Source: Candidatus Elulimicrobium sp. (GTDB lineage: Bacteria > Patescibacteriota > Minisyncoccia > Phycocordibacterales > UBA918). From it: a stretch of 49,725 bases of DNA. The notes beneath the pieces are model-generated. The model saw only the letters and a program-made list of their open reading frames with translations. It was not told the origin of the DNA and did no database searches. The translations under genes and the position numbers were made by a program. Positions 21,276 through 31,116 of the stretch are shown in pieces; the stretch's first letter is position 1; every line of letters begins with the position of its first letter. The stretch spans positions 1 to 49,725 of the forward strand of contig DZBU01000005.1 in NCBI GenBank assembly GCA_022730015.1, given 5' to 3'.

Positions 21276-21836
21276 ATGTCATTGAAAAGTCGTTTCATTA
21301 CTCTGGAGGAGGCTGCGACACTTTGTGCTCAGCTGGCTGAGCGCGCGAAAGAACTTCGGGTGGACTGCGTGGTCAGTATTGAAAGTGGGGGGTGGTTTGT
21401 AGGCGATCAGATTGCGCAACGTCTAGAACTTCCTCATTTTCCAATTACTGTACGGCGATTTCCTGACGAGCAAACTTGTAACAAAAGGAAAGTACCGTCG
21501 CTCTTTAGTCGCTTTTGTACGGCGCTTCACCATGATCTCTTGCGTGCTGCTCGCGTACCGCAGGTACTACATAGCATATCTAAACCTGAATTGGTGCAAG
21601 GGAAGCGAGTCCTGTTGGTTGATGATGCTATCCATTCGGGAAAGACCATCACTGCGGCTCGGAATCACTTGTTTCAATTAGGTTCAGTAGCTGTACCAGT
21701 GGTTGCTCTAGCTAATGTGCGAGGTTTTCGGGAACCATACCTCTGCATGCTCGAGGGTCATCGATGCTACCCATGGTCGGTGATCTCGCCAGAATACGAA
21801 CAATTTCAAGCCATCTATCAGAGAGGTCACGAGTAA
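21276..21836 (+). CDS. Type I phosphoribosyltransferase family protein
   Basis: VVSIESGG and PRPP-binding loop VLLVDDAIHSGKT; AGGAGGT Shine-Dalgarno fixes the start at 21276. Confidence 0.85.
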   Translation: MSLKSRFITLEEAATLCAQLAERAKELRVDCVVSIESGGWFVGDQIAQRLELPHFPITVRRFPDEQTCNKRKVPSLFSRFCTALHHDLLRAARVPQVLHSISKPELVQGKRVLLVDDAIHSGKTITAARNHLFQLGSVAVPVVALANVRGFREPYLCMLEGHRCYPWSVISPEYEQFQAIYQRGHE

Positions 21837-21852
21837 ATGAGTGCATTATTAT

Positions 21853-21885
21853 ACCAGGTTAGTATACAAAACTAACCTGGTTTTT
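21853..21885 (+). terminator. Intrinsic terminator
   Basis: accaggttagt-atacaaa-actaacctggt followed by a T run. Confidence 0.75.
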
Positions 21886-21953
21886 CTTTCCCCTAGACAA
21901 TTTTTGTTAGTCGTCGACTGTCGTATATACTAGTGCACACACTAAATTCAATT

Positions 21954-23477
21954 ATGAAAAATTTACCGAAAAAACCTGCTGTACTGATCGTGCTTGATGG
22001 ATGGGGTCATCGCGATGAAGTGGATGATAATGCGATTGCTGAAGCACCAACCCCATTTTTTGACCATTTGTGGAATACGTATCCGCACGCACTTTTAGAT
22101 GCTAGTTCAGGCAGTGTGGGTCTGCCAGAAGGACAAATGGGTAATAGCGAGGTGGGACATATGACCATCGGCGCCGGGAAGATAATCGACACCGACCTGG
22201 TCCGTATCTCAAAAGCCGCTCACGAGCATGAGTTTGCAACCAATCCAGCCTTTGTGCAGCTGTTTGACCATGTGAAGCACTATGATTCTACTCTGCACGT
22301 GCAGGGGTTGGTTTCATCGGGGGGAATACATAGTCATAGTGAGCACTTGTTTGCATTCCTGAAGGCCGCAAAAGAAGCCGGCATAACCAAAATCGCTATT
22401 CATGCTTTTACTGATGGACGTGATACTGGCCCCCGCAGTGCTGCAGCCTACCTACGTGAACTTGAAGATGTCATCGATGATCTCGGAATTGGTTTCATCG
22501 CCACGGCTGCCGGCCGACTGTACGCGATGGACCGAGACAACAACTGGGACCGGTTGGAGAAGGTGGAAAAGGCTGTATTTGAAGGGGTGTGCGACCGGCA
22601 GTATCATGCTTGCAAGCCGTCAGCTATCATGCAGGAATTGTACGAAGAGGGGGTGGTCGATGAACAGCTGGAACCTGTGATGTTTTTCGACCATGATGGT
22701 AACCACTACATTGTGCAGCCGAACGACGGCGTCTTTTTCTTTAACTTTCGGTCTGACCGCGCGCGAATGTTGGCGAGCAAGGTGTGTGAGCATGCGCAAA
22801 ATGAAAATCTCTGTTTCGTCACGCTCACACAGTACGATAAAAACCTGCCGGCGCACGTGGCGTTCCCACCGATTGATATCGATACGACGCTTGCTAACGA
22901 AGTGTCACTCGCCGGGCTGACCCAAGTGCACATCGCGGAGACTGAAAAATATGCCCACGCGACGTACTTTTTGAATTGCTTGCACGAGGGACAGTATCCG
23001 GGCGAGGAACACATCATGGTGGAGAGTCAGAAGGTGAAAACCCACGACTTGGCTCCAGAAATGCGTGCGCGAGAAATTGCCGACAAAGCGGTCGAGCAAA
23101 TAGAAAGAGGGACTGACTTTTTGTTCATCAACTTCGCGAATGCTGACATGGTGGGCCATACTGGCAATGTAGCAGCTATCAAGATCGCGGTCGAGACAGT
23201 GGACAAAGAGCTGAGGCGGGTAGTGGAAGCGACACTCGCTAAAAATGGTGTGGTCTTTGTGACGGCCGATCATGGTAATGCTGAGCAAAATGTCGACCGA
23301 ACGACCGGAGAGTGTCATACTGCACATACGACCAACCTGGTACCGGCAATAGTTACCATTGATGGAGGGGTATTGCAAAACGGTACTTTGGCGGATATCG
23401 CGCCGACGATGCTTCATATCATTGGGCTTGTACAGCCGGAGGGAATGACGGGAAAAAATCTATTTTCGGCACAGTAA
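21954..23477 (+). CDS. gpmI: 2,3-bisphosphoglycerate-independent phosphoglycerate mutase
   Basis: LDGWG, GNSEVGH (catalytic Ser), DGRD, ETEKYAH, DMVGHTG, TADHGNAE. Confidence 0.97.
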   Translation: MKNLPKKPAVLIVLDGWGHRDEVDDNAIAEAPTPFFDHLWNTYPHALLDASSGSVGLPEGQMGNSEVGHMTIGAGKIIDTDLVRISKAAHEHEFATNPAFVQLFDHVKHYDSTLHVQGLVSSGGIHSHSEHLFAFLKAAKEAGITKIAIHAFTDGRDTGPRSAAAYLRELEDVIDDLGIGFIATAAGRLYAMDRDNNWDRLEKVEKAVFEGVCDRQYHACKPSAIMQELYEEGVVDEQLEPVMFFDHDGNHYIVQPNDGVFFFNFRSDRARMLASKVCEHAQNENLCFVTLTQYDKNLPAHVAFPPIDIDTTLANEVSLAGLTQVHIAETEKYAHATYFLNCLHEGQYPGEEHIMVESQKVKTHDLAPEMRAREIADKAVEQIERGTDFLFINFANADMVGHTGNVAAIKIAVETVDKELRRVVEATLAKNGVVFVTADHGNAEQNVDRTTGECHTAHTTNLVPAIVTIDGGVLQNGTLADIAPTMLHIIGLVQPEGMTGKNLFSAQ

Positions 23478-23480
23478 AAA

Positions 23481-23502
23481 TAAACCCCACAAAGTGGGGT
23501 TT
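23481..23502. terminator. Bidirectional terminator between gpmI and the convergent gene
   Basis: aaaccccac-aaa-gtggggttt. Confidence 0.7.
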
Positions 23503-23518
23503 GATCATCATAGGAAGA

Positions 23519-23839
23519 TCATTTTTTGAAGGGCAGAACACTTGTATTGGTGCGAGTGGGATATTTTCCGTTTAGTGCGTCACGGAAACGAAAAAGCCCA
23601 TCATAAAAGAGTTCGATCATTTTGTTCAGGCGCGCAACAGGATGATGATAGTGAGACAGTTGCTGATCAATGTTCCACTGCAACGCTCGTAGACGAGCTT
23701 GATTTTCAGGCTTTGCAGTTTTGATTGTTTGTTCGATCAGTCTCTGGCGTTCTTGTTCGAACGCCACCGGATCCGTTATGAATAACTGATGTAGTTGGTC
23801 GTGATTAATCAAGGAAGTGTGTTCGTGTGCTGTATCCAT
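23519..23839 (-). CDS. DUF3135-like helical protein
   Basis: DPVAFEQERQRLIEQTI...RLRALQWNID...PVARL...VLPF pattern recalled for DUF3135; AGGAG Shine-Dalgarno. Confidence 0.65.
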   Translation of the reverse strand: MDTAHEHTSLINHDQLHQLFITDPVAFEQERQRLIEQTIKTAKPENQARLRALQWNIDQQLSHYHHPVARLNKMIELFYDGLFRFRDALNGKYPTRTNTSVLPFKK

Positions 23840-23956
23840 TTCTATCTCCTGTGGTGTCGTTCTGCTTAAACAGTGCGCTTATTATTACATAATGTCAAGG
23901 ATACTACAGAGATGCTATACTCACTTCATTTGCATTTAATTTTTTAAAAATTCAAC

Positions 23957-25255
23957 ATGGTACAGATTCAACAAGTTACAGGCCGAGAGATACTTGATTC
24001 ACGTGGTAATCCGACCGTCGCGGTGCGCGTCATGCTCGAAGGCGGAGTAGAAGCGGAGGCAATGGTGCCTTCTGGAGCATCAACTGGTGCACATGAGGCA
24101 GTGGAACTGCGCGATGGTGATATGTCACGCTATGGTGGTAAAGGCGTGCTTGCTGCCGTTGAACACGTGAACACAGTACTAGCTGAAGTAGTTGTTGGAT
24201 TAGAAGCAACCGATCAACGTGCTGTTGATGCGGCCATGCTCGCGCTTGATGGAACAGAGAATAAGGGTCGACTCGGAGCGAACGCAATTTTGGGTATCTC
24301 ACTGGCGGTGGCGCGTGCAGCCGCACAGGCAGAGGGAGTTCCGCTCTACGAACACATCAATACTCTGCTTGGTACGGAGCAAAAAGTGGCGTTGCCACTA
24401 CCGATGTTCAATGTGCTCAATGGTGGAGTGCACAGTGACTCAGGTCTCTCTTGTCAGGAATTCATGCTTGTACCACACGGCATCACTGAATATAAAGAGC
24501 AGTTGCGAGCGGGTGCAGAAATATTTCAGTCACTCAAGAAGCTGCTTGCTGCAGAAGGTCTTTCCACGAGCGTCGGAGATGAGGGTGGTTTTGCACCACG
24601 AGTGAATAGCCATGCGAAGGCATTTGAATTCTTGCTCAAGGCTATCGAAGCGGCTGGCTATACACCAGGAGAAGAGGTTTCTATCGCCCTCGATACGGCC
24701 GCAAGTGAGTTTTACAACGCTGAGACAAACAAGTATGAACTTAGTCCGGAAGGGAAAACATTGACGGCCGCTGAACTTGGCGAGCAATATCGCACGTGGA
24801 TAGAAAAATACCAGGTTATTTCAATCGAAGACGGGTTGGCCGAAGATGACTGGGTAGAGTGGTCAAGCCTGACGGAGATGCTACCAAAGCAGAAGCAGTT
24901 CACTATTGCTTCACATCCAGAAAAACTTGTATCCGATCTCCTGTTAGTTGGCGATGATCTTTTGGTAACCAACCCTAAGCGATTGGAACGAGCAATCGCT
25001 GAAAAGGCTTGTACGGCAGTGCTTATCAAAGTAAATCAAATTGGAACCTTGTCTGAGACGCTAGACTGCATTCGTTTGGCACAGGAAAACGGTATCCGCG
25101 TGGTGGCATCACATCGTTCTGGTGAAACAACTGATGATTTTATTGCTGACCTAGCGGTTGGCACTGGCGCTGAATGTATCAAAACTGGTTCACTTTCACG
25201 TGGCGAGCGGCTGGCAAAATACAACCGATTATTGGCAATCGAGGCCGAGCTCTAA
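23957..25255 (+). CDS. eno: Enolase
   Basis: [36 protein letters not shown]. Confidence 0.98.
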   Translation: MVQIQQVTGREILDSRGNPTVAVRVMLEGGVEAEAMVPSGASTGAHEAVELRDGDMSRYGGKGVLAAVEHVNTVLAEVVVGLEATDQRAVDAAMLALDGTENKGRLGANAILGISLAVARAAAQAEGVPLYEHINTLLGTEQKVALPLPMFNVLNGGVHSDSGLSCQEFMLVPHGITEYKEQLRAGAEIFQSLKKLLAAEGLSTSVGDEGGFAPRVNSHAKAFEFLLKAIEAAGYTPGEEVSIALDTAASEFYNAETNKYELSPEGKTLTAAELGEQYRTWIEKYQVISIEDGLAEDDWVEWSSLTEMLPKQKQFTIASHPEKLVSDLLLVGDDLLVTNPKRLERAIAEKACTAVLIKVNQIGTLSETLDCIRLAQENGIRVVASHRSGETTDDFIADLAVGTGAECIKTGSLSRGERLAKYNRLLAIEAEL

Positions 25256-25366
25256 GCATGGTTTGACCCAGTAGACAAACTGTTTTCAGGTCTTGATTAT
25301 GAATGGTGAGCGGCGAGAGAGCGTAGTATAATACAAGAGGTTACCAGCTAACGAAGAGCCAAAAAC

Positions 25367-25678
25367 ATGCTAATACTTTACATGCGATCAACGTGTCCAT
25401 TTTGTCAGCGAACCCTGCAGATGGCGGAAAATCTGAAAGTGGAACTTGATCAACGAGATATTGATGATTCCGAAGAGGCGCTTGCCGAACTCATGGAAAA
25501 AGGGGGGAAGCGTCAGGTACCATTCTTGGTTGATACAGAGAAAAACATCTCTATGTATGAAACTGAAGATATTATCGAGTATATGCGTGATAACTGCGCT
25601 CAGACTAATGCTGGTAGTGATGCGACAAAGCCACGAGTACATGTTGGTGGATCAATGTGTACATCGTGCGAGGGTTAA
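25367..25678 (+). CDS. Glutaredoxin-like protein with a C-terminal CxxCEG tail
   Basis: CPFC active site, GGKRQVPFL cis-Pro loop, MYETEDII; ends ...MCTSCEG. Confidence 0.85.
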   Translation: MLILYMRSTCPFCQRTLQMAENLKVELDQRDIDDSEEALAELMEKGGKRQVPFLVDTEKNISMYETEDIIEYMRDNCAQTNAGSDATKPRVHVGGSMCTSCEG

Positions 25679-25699
25679 TGGTCTAATCAAATACATCAT

Positions 25700-26065
25700 A
25701 TGACATTTCCAACCATCAACTACAAATTCAACGATCTTCATGAGGCGCAGGCTCTGACAGATATTGTTGAACAAAAATGTGCAGCATTTGAAAAGTACCT
25801 TCACGAGAATCATGATGTGAATTGCGATGTGGAATTTAAAAAAGTTGCGCCACAGCTAAATGGTCAGGTGCATCGAGTGGAGATCAACCTACAAGTAGAT
25901 GGAACATTGTTTCGTGCAGTAGCAACAGAAGAAAGTTTTGAAAAAGCGATTGATGAAGTCCGTAGTGAACTTGATAATGAGTTACGCAAAGCGAAAGAAA
26001 AGCATGAGACTTTGAGGAAGCAGGGAGCGCGAGAAGCAAAAGAACAGATGATGAATGTTGAATAA
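25700..26065 (+). CDS. hpf: Ribosome hibernation promoting factor (short HPF/RaiA family)
   Basis: HRVEINLQVDGTLFRAVATEESFEKAIDEV...ELRKAKEK pattern. Confidence 0.85.
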   Translation: MTFPTINYKFNDLHEAQALTDIVEQKCAAFEKYLHENHDVNCDVEFKKVAPQLNGQVHRVEINLQVDGTLFRAVATEESFEKAIDEVRSELDNELRKAKEKHETLRKQGAREAKEQMMNVE

Positions 26066-26072
26066 GCAAAAC

Positions 26073-26106
26073 AAAAAAGCCGGCGAGCGAAGCTCGCCGG
26101 CTTTTT
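26073..26106. terminator. Bidirectional terminator between hpf and fmt
   Basis: aaaaaagccggcgagc-gaa-gctcgccggcttttt perfect stem. Confidence 0.88.
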
Positions 26107-26985
26107 CTATTTTGCTATCGAACGTAGATAATCAGTAAAATCAGTCTCTTTCTTTCCTTCTGGAATGACGCGAAGAAGACGCAGGGTACCGCCCAAAAAT
26201 TCTGCTTTTTTTATCTTAACTCGCTTTTCATCGAATTTAAAAAAGGCATCTCCGATTCCGGCAAAAGCGTTGATCACTCGCCACGCATGCCGGCCGGCTT
26301 CGCCGGCCGGCAGATCAAACGGATCAATCATAAGCTCGCCCTGTTCCTTGGTGAGCTTGTGGCAGTAGGTCGCCATTTCGTGGGTTTGCTCTTGTGGTGA
26401 AAGCTCTCCAGCGATCCATGCTGGTATCACTTCTGCAAGTAACTCGCTGCCCATGTCTGCAAGTAGCACATCCAGTACTGGTCCACTTATTGGCCAATTG
26501 TCTTCAGAGACAAAAAATTGTTCTTGTTCAAGGATCGGTCCGTGATCCATCTCCTTATCCATAAGCATGATCGTCACTCCGACATCCTCGGGATTATTTT
26601 CTAGGATAGCAGTTCGGATCGGACTCGCCCCACGAAGTTTTGGCAGTAAGGAAGGGTGAACGTTCAAAACACCGTATTTGGGTAGAGTAAGTAGCCAGTC
26701 TGGTAAAATAAAATTGTACGCAACGACCACAAACAAATCCCATGGCTGACTTTCTAGTTGTGAGCGGGCGACGTCATCCTTATAGTTAGTTGGCTGAAAG
26801 ACGGCAATTCCTTCTTGTTCAGCCCAAAGTTTAACAGGTGGCGGGGTGAGCTTTTGTCCACGTCCTGCCGGTCGATCAGGATTGCAGACGATCAGGGAAG
26901 GAAGTAGCCCTGCTTCTTTTAGTTTCACGAGTATAGGAACCGCAAGTGGTTCGCCACCAAAAAAAACAAACGTAAGATCAGTCAT
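26107..26985 (-). CDS. fmt: Methionyl-tRNA formyltransferase
   Basis: PDRPAGRG, VVVAY, LNVHPSLLPKLRGASPI, MDHGPIL; overlaps the def stop codon. Confidence 0.95.
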   Translation of the reverse strand: MTDLTFVFFGGEPLAVPILVKLKEAGLLPSLIVCNPDRPAGRGQKLTPPPVKLWAEQEGIAVFQPTNYKDDVARSQLESQPWDLFVVVAYNFILPDWLLTLPKYGVLNVHPSLLPKLRGASPIRTAILENNPEDVGVTIMLMDKEMDHGPILEQEQFFVSEDNWPISGPVLDVLLADMGSELLAEVIPAWIAGELSPQEQTHEMATYCHKLTKEQGELMIDPFDLPAGEAGRHAWRVINAFAGIGDAFFKFDEKRVKIKKAEFLGGTLRLLRVIPEGKKETDFTDYLRSIAK

Positions 26986-27508
26986 GTGCTTCACTTATTC
27001 CAGTCGGTCGATCTCTTTTATTCCAGGTTTCTTCAGCTCGATCAATATATAGAATTCCGTCCAGATGGTCACACTCATGTTGAAGGATCTGCGCCAAAAG
27101 TCCACCTGCGCCACGAGTGAACGGCTGACCATGTTCATCAAGAGCTTTAAGAGTGACGTTTTTATGACGCTGCACGAGACCATAGGTGTCTTGCACTGAC
27201 AAACAACCCTCACCAACAAGATGTGTTTTCTTTGATAATTTTATGATTCGTGGATTGATTGCGATGATGGTAGGGAGAGCGTCATCTCGTTCTTTGTTTT
27301 GATCTTCAACAAGAAACATGCGCTTCGCCACACCGACTTGTGGAGCAGCAATTGCGACAGCAGCATAGCCATCGACATCATATGTTTTAATAGCCGCTCG
27401 CATGCCGGCAAGAATCTTTTTCACTGTTCCATCGGCGAATTCCTCAGGAGTAACCTCTTCGGCGATACTGTGAAGCGCCTGGTGGTTTTGTGGCACCAAT
27501 TTTTTCAT
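26978..27508 (-). CDS. def: Peptide deformylase
   Basis: AAPQVG, EGCLS, QHECDHLDG. Confidence 0.95.
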   Translation of the reverse strand: MKKLVPQNHQALHSIAEEVTPEEFADGTVKKILAGMRAAIKTYDVDGYAAVAIAAPQVGVAKRMFLVEDQNKERDDALPTIIAINPRIIKLSKKTHLVGEGCLSVQDTYGLVQRHKNVTLKALDEHGQPFTRGAGGLLAQILQHECDHLDGILYIDRAEETWNKRDRPTGISEAHD

Positions 27509-27579
27509 AGATGTTCATACTATATCGAATGATGCTAAAAAGAAAAGGGCCAGTATATTTAGCGTTCGTACAGATAATT

Positions 27580-29472
27580 TTATACGATCCGTTCAGGATT
27601 GATCTCGATCTTTACATATGGTGGCAAACTACGTAGCTTTGCAAGTAGTGGCGCGTGCCCAGTCTGTCCATTTGGTGAGATCCTGATCAGGCCGTGTCGT
27701 TGTGCCTTTTCTTTGGTTGAGTTTGGGCTGTTGTAATATTGGACTTCATATCCAGTGAGAGCGGAAAGAATCGGCTTTTCAAGCTCAAGTACGGAAGTGC
27801 TTGTGCCGAGCCAGGTGAGTAAGATGAAAGTGCAAAATGGAGGGTACTGCAACATTTTTCGGAGCGCGATCTCGTCATCATAAAAGCGCTCGATTGCGCC
27901 ACGGGTGGCATGAATGAGAAGGGTGTCAGTTTCGGTCCTCGTTTGCACAATGACTTCTCTCGCAGTACATTCACGCAACTTCATAAGTAAACGGAATAGA
28001 GATTCGTCTGCTCGCCAAGTCGGGATCGTGCGCGCTGCATCAAGTGAAATAATGGCACTAACATCAACACCAGCACTAATGAAAGGGAGAGCAATTTGAG
28101 TGCCAATAAGCACACCAGAACGTTTTGCATAGAATTCCCTTACCAGTTTGGCAGCTTGTTTGGTGGTGGGGGCGGTTATGTTATCGATGATAGTAACGTC
28201 ACTTCCTGGCATAATCTGTCTCCACTCATCGTAAACCTGCTGAATTCCAATCCCGCGCTCACGGAGACGCCATGATCCACAATGACCACAGACATCAGCC
28301 GCCCGCACCCTTCGACCGGAAGTACTCGAAACAAACCAGCGCTCCTCGGCACCATTTTTTACTGTGCGAATCAGTGAAAAAGGGGTATTCGAGTCAGGAC
28401 AGCGGAAAATGTACCCGCAATCAATACAGGCGACAACTGGCGCGAGGCCACGACGAGCGGCATAAAAAAAGACGTGGCCTCGCGCCTCAAGTGCTCGCTC
28501 GACACTGACCAGTAATTCTTTAGAGAAAAGCTGAAATGGCGCTTCTGGTTTTGGCTTGTCGCGTTGTGTGATGATGATCAGGGGAGCGGTGAAGGCAATG
28601 CGTTTTACTTCCTCTCCATAGGTGAGAAAAGTTTCGTTTCGACGTTGGACCTCATCTTCAGTGCGTGGCACCGTATCGCCAAGCAGAATCGACCGGCCAG
28701 ATATTTTTGCGTACGTGATCAATGCTTCCTTGTGATCCAGGTACGGACGTTGTCGCGCAACGTAATGAGCACTTGCAGCTTGTTCAATGATTATTGCAAT
28801 AAGATCTGCTCGTTCGAGGTAGGCGTGAGAAGGGGTGGTAATGATGAGTTTCGCTGTTGCAACATCAGTGAGTTTTAGATAGGCAGATTCACGTTGTTTT
28901 TTAGTCTGATGAGGAGAAAAAATAATCAGACGATCCTCAATACCTTGGCTGAGTTGTTTCACTGCATTATCGACCTCAACCGCTGTCGGTACTACGATCA
29001 TGATCGAACCGCGGTGCGCAAACGTGCTGCGAATGAAACCCTGATACGCCACGTATCGATCGTCTATCCGAGCGGTGAGTAATTGGGGGGTGGTTTCTTC
29101 GTCGTGTTTGACTAATGACGTTCGGGGGTAGGGTTGACTACCGGTTCGAACATCTGGAGGAAGTAGTGCAAACAAAAGGGCACCGATAGAGGCTGGATAT
29201 TGTGCAGAAAGTGCCTCAGCTGTTTTGCGAATAGTTTCAGGCAAGACAACAGGATCAGCTTGGTGGGGAAGTTTTCGAAGCGAGAAAGTCGCAGCTTTAA
29301 GTGCGGTTTTCGTGGTGCTAACTGGTCTTACCTCAGTTACGATCGCACGTTGATTTTTTCCTCTAATTGGTACTTCAAGAAAAGAACCAATAGAATACTC
29401 AGTACTGGAAAAATAAGAGAGTGATTCAAGCTGTGTACCGCGGATGAGAGGAGTGACTTGAATGACAAACAT
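27580..29472 (-). CDS. priA: Primosomal protein N' (PriA)-like protein with degenerate helicase motifs
   Basis: N-terminal 3'-DNA-binding-like region, RRGLAPVVACIDCG...CGHCGS...GIGIQQV, LIGTQ, VIVQT, RKMLQYPPF; no GxTGSGKT or DExH. Confidence 0.8.
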   Translation of the reverse strand: MFVIQVTPLIRGTQLESLSYFSSTEYSIGSFLEVPIRGKNQRAIVTEVRPVSTTKTALKAATFSLRKLPHQADPVVLPETIRKTAEALSAQYPASIGALLFALLPPDVRTGSQPYPRTSLVKHDEETTPQLLTARIDDRYVAYQGFIRSTFAHRGSIMIVVPTAVEVDNAVKQLSQGIEDRLIIFSPHQTKKQRESAYLKLTDVATAKLIITTPSHAYLERADLIAIIIEQAASAHYVARQRPYLDHKEALITYAKISGRSILLGDTVPRTEDEVQRRNETFLTYGEEVKRIAFTAPLIIITQRDKPKPEAPFQLFSKELLVSVERALEARGHVFFYAARRGLAPVVACIDCGYIFRCPDSNTPFSLIRTVKNGAEERWFVSSTSGRRVRAADVCGHCGSWRLRERGIGIQQVYDEWRQIMPGSDVTIIDNITAPTTKQAAKLVREFYAKRSGVLIGTQIALPFISAGVDVSAIISLDAARTIPTWRADESLFRLLMKLRECTAREVIVQTRTETDTLLIHATRGAIERFYDDEIALRKMLQYPPFCTFILLTWLGTSTSVLELEKPILSALTGYEVQYYNSPNSTKEKAQRHGLIRISPNGQTGHAPLLAKLRSLPPYVKIEINPERIV

Positions 29473-29556
29473 ACGTGGTGGTCATTATAGCAAACTGAGC
29501 GAGTCTGTCGGCTTGTAAAAAGGGAGGTGTCGTGGTTTCAGTTTTGCGTCAGAAAT

Positions 29557-29597
29557 AAAACAGGGGCGGAAATCCTTTGGATTTTCGCCCCTGTTTT
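29557..29597 (-). terminator. Intrinsic terminator of murA
   Basis: aaaacaggggcggaaatcc-ttt-ggattttcgcccctgtttt. Confidence 0.8.
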
Positions 29598-29606
29598 GAA
29601 TAACTC

Positions 29607-31106
29607 TTAAAACTCATCAAGATATGAAATGTCAGCTCCTAAGCTGGTGAGTCGTTCTACCAATTTCTCATAGCCACGATTGATGCTGTAAATGTTGCGA
29701 AGGACAGATTCACCCTCAGCCCCGAGCATGCCGATGAGCAGGATAGTTGCTGGGCGAAGTGCGGGTGGGCAAATGAGCTCAGCAGCCCGCAGTTTGGTCG
29801 GACCAGTAATGAAAATACGATGAGGATCAGCAAGTACCGTGTCCGCGCCAAGTTTATCAAGCTCAGTGAAGTAAATGGCACGTTTTTCATATACCCAATC
29901 GTGAATAAGCGTTTGACCGGTTGCTTGAGTGGCGATGACTGCAAAAAAGGGGAGATTATCAATGTTGAGCCCAGGATACACAGAAGGATGAATCTTCTCG
30001 TGCAAGGCGATCAGTTTTGATGGTTTTGTAGTAATGTCGACAAGTTTAGTTTTACTGTTGTGGCTATAGTAAGGTTTTGATTTTTTATACTGGAATCCCA
30101 TTTTTTCTAGTTTCAGTAGCTCCAACTCCAAAAATTCAATCGGACAGCGGGTAATCGTAATACTTGAGTTTGTCACCAACGCTGTCGCTAAAAAGAACAT
30201 ACTGTCAGTGGGATCTTCAGACAGGGTGTATTCGATGTTCTGATCTATTTTTGCAAGTCCAGTAACTGTCAGTGTTGTGGTGCCAAAACCTTCGATTGAT
30301 ACGCCTAGCTGCTGTAAAAAGATGCAAACCTCCTGCACCATGTAGTTAGCGGAAGCATACTTAATGATCGTGGTCTCTGGTCGACCAGCCGCTGCAAATA
30401 AGGCATTTTCTGTTACCGTATCACCTGACTCATACAAAATGATCTCGCTCGGCTTTTTTGGCTCTACGGTCACTTCAAAGGAGTTGCTTGTGGTGTTAAT
30501 TGCTACTCCAAAATGTTCAAGTGCATAAAAGTGGGGCTTGACCGTTCGACTGCCTAATTTGCAGCCGCCAGATTGTGGAAGTGAGAATGATCGTAACTGA
30601 TGAATGAGCGGTCCGATGAACATGACGATGCTGCGGGTGCGTTCGGCCGCTGTCTTGTCGATTTTTGAAAGGTCGAACTTTTTTGGGGGTGTAATAACTA
30701 TGGTGGTGTCATGCCAATCCACTTTTACACCGATACTTTCAAGTACTTCAATAATGCGATGAACTTCTTCAATGCGAGGCATTCGGTGTAGTGTGGTGGT
30801 ACCTTTATTTAACAAAGCAGCACAAAGTAGTCCAACTGCTCCATTTTTTGAAGTATTTGTCTCAATTGTACCGTGAAGTTTTTTACCACCTCGTATGCGG
30901 ATATTAACTGTACCAGGGGAGAGAGTAATCAGGTTCTTGCCGAGTGCTCTCCCAATCCGTTTCAACATATCAGCGCTTACGTTTTGTTTACCTGATTCGA
31001 TCCGTGCAACCGCACTCTGGGTGGTCTTCAGTTTTTTGGCTAAGTCAGTTTGGGTTAGTCCTAGGGTTTCGCGAACGTCAGCGATACGAGTTCCAATATG
31101 TTGCAT
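29607..31106 (-). CDS. murA: XRE-family HTH fused to UDP-N-acetylglucosamine 1-carboxyvinyltransferase
   Basis: N-terminal LTQTDLAKKLKTTQSAVARIESGKQN HTH; SKNGAV, GGCKLGSR (catalytic Cys), PALRPA, RGYE. Confidence 0.93.
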   Translation of the reverse strand: MQHIGTRIADVRETLGLTQTDLAKKLKTTQSAVARIESGKQNVSADMLKRIGRALGKNLITLSPGTVNIRIRGGKKLHGTIETNTSKNGAVGLLCAALLNKGTTTLHRMPRIEEVHRIIEVLESIGVKVDWHDTTIVITPPKKFDLSKIDKTAAERTRSIVMFIGPLIHQLRSFSLPQSGGCKLGSRTVKPHFYALEHFGVAINTTSNSFEVTVEPKKPSEIILYESGDTVTENALFAAAGRPETTIIKYASANYMVQEVCIFLQQLGVSIEGFGTTTLTVTGLAKIDQNIEYTLSEDPTDSMFFLATALVTNSSITITRCPIEFLELELLKLEKMGFQYKKSKPYYSHNSKTKLVDITTKPSKLIALHEKIHPSVYPGLNIDNLPFFAVIATQATGQTLIHDWVYEKRAIYFTELDKLGADTVLADPHRIFITGPTKLRAAELICPPALRPATILLIGMLGAEGESVLRNIYSINRGYEKLVERLTSLGADISYLDEF

Positions 31107-31116
31107 ACTGAATGAG

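Noticed and set aside
19875-23500. Shared 15-mer aaaccccacaaagtg in two terminators as att sites or a repeat family
   Set aside because: Both copies are terminator stems, so convergence is sufficient; no integrase is present.
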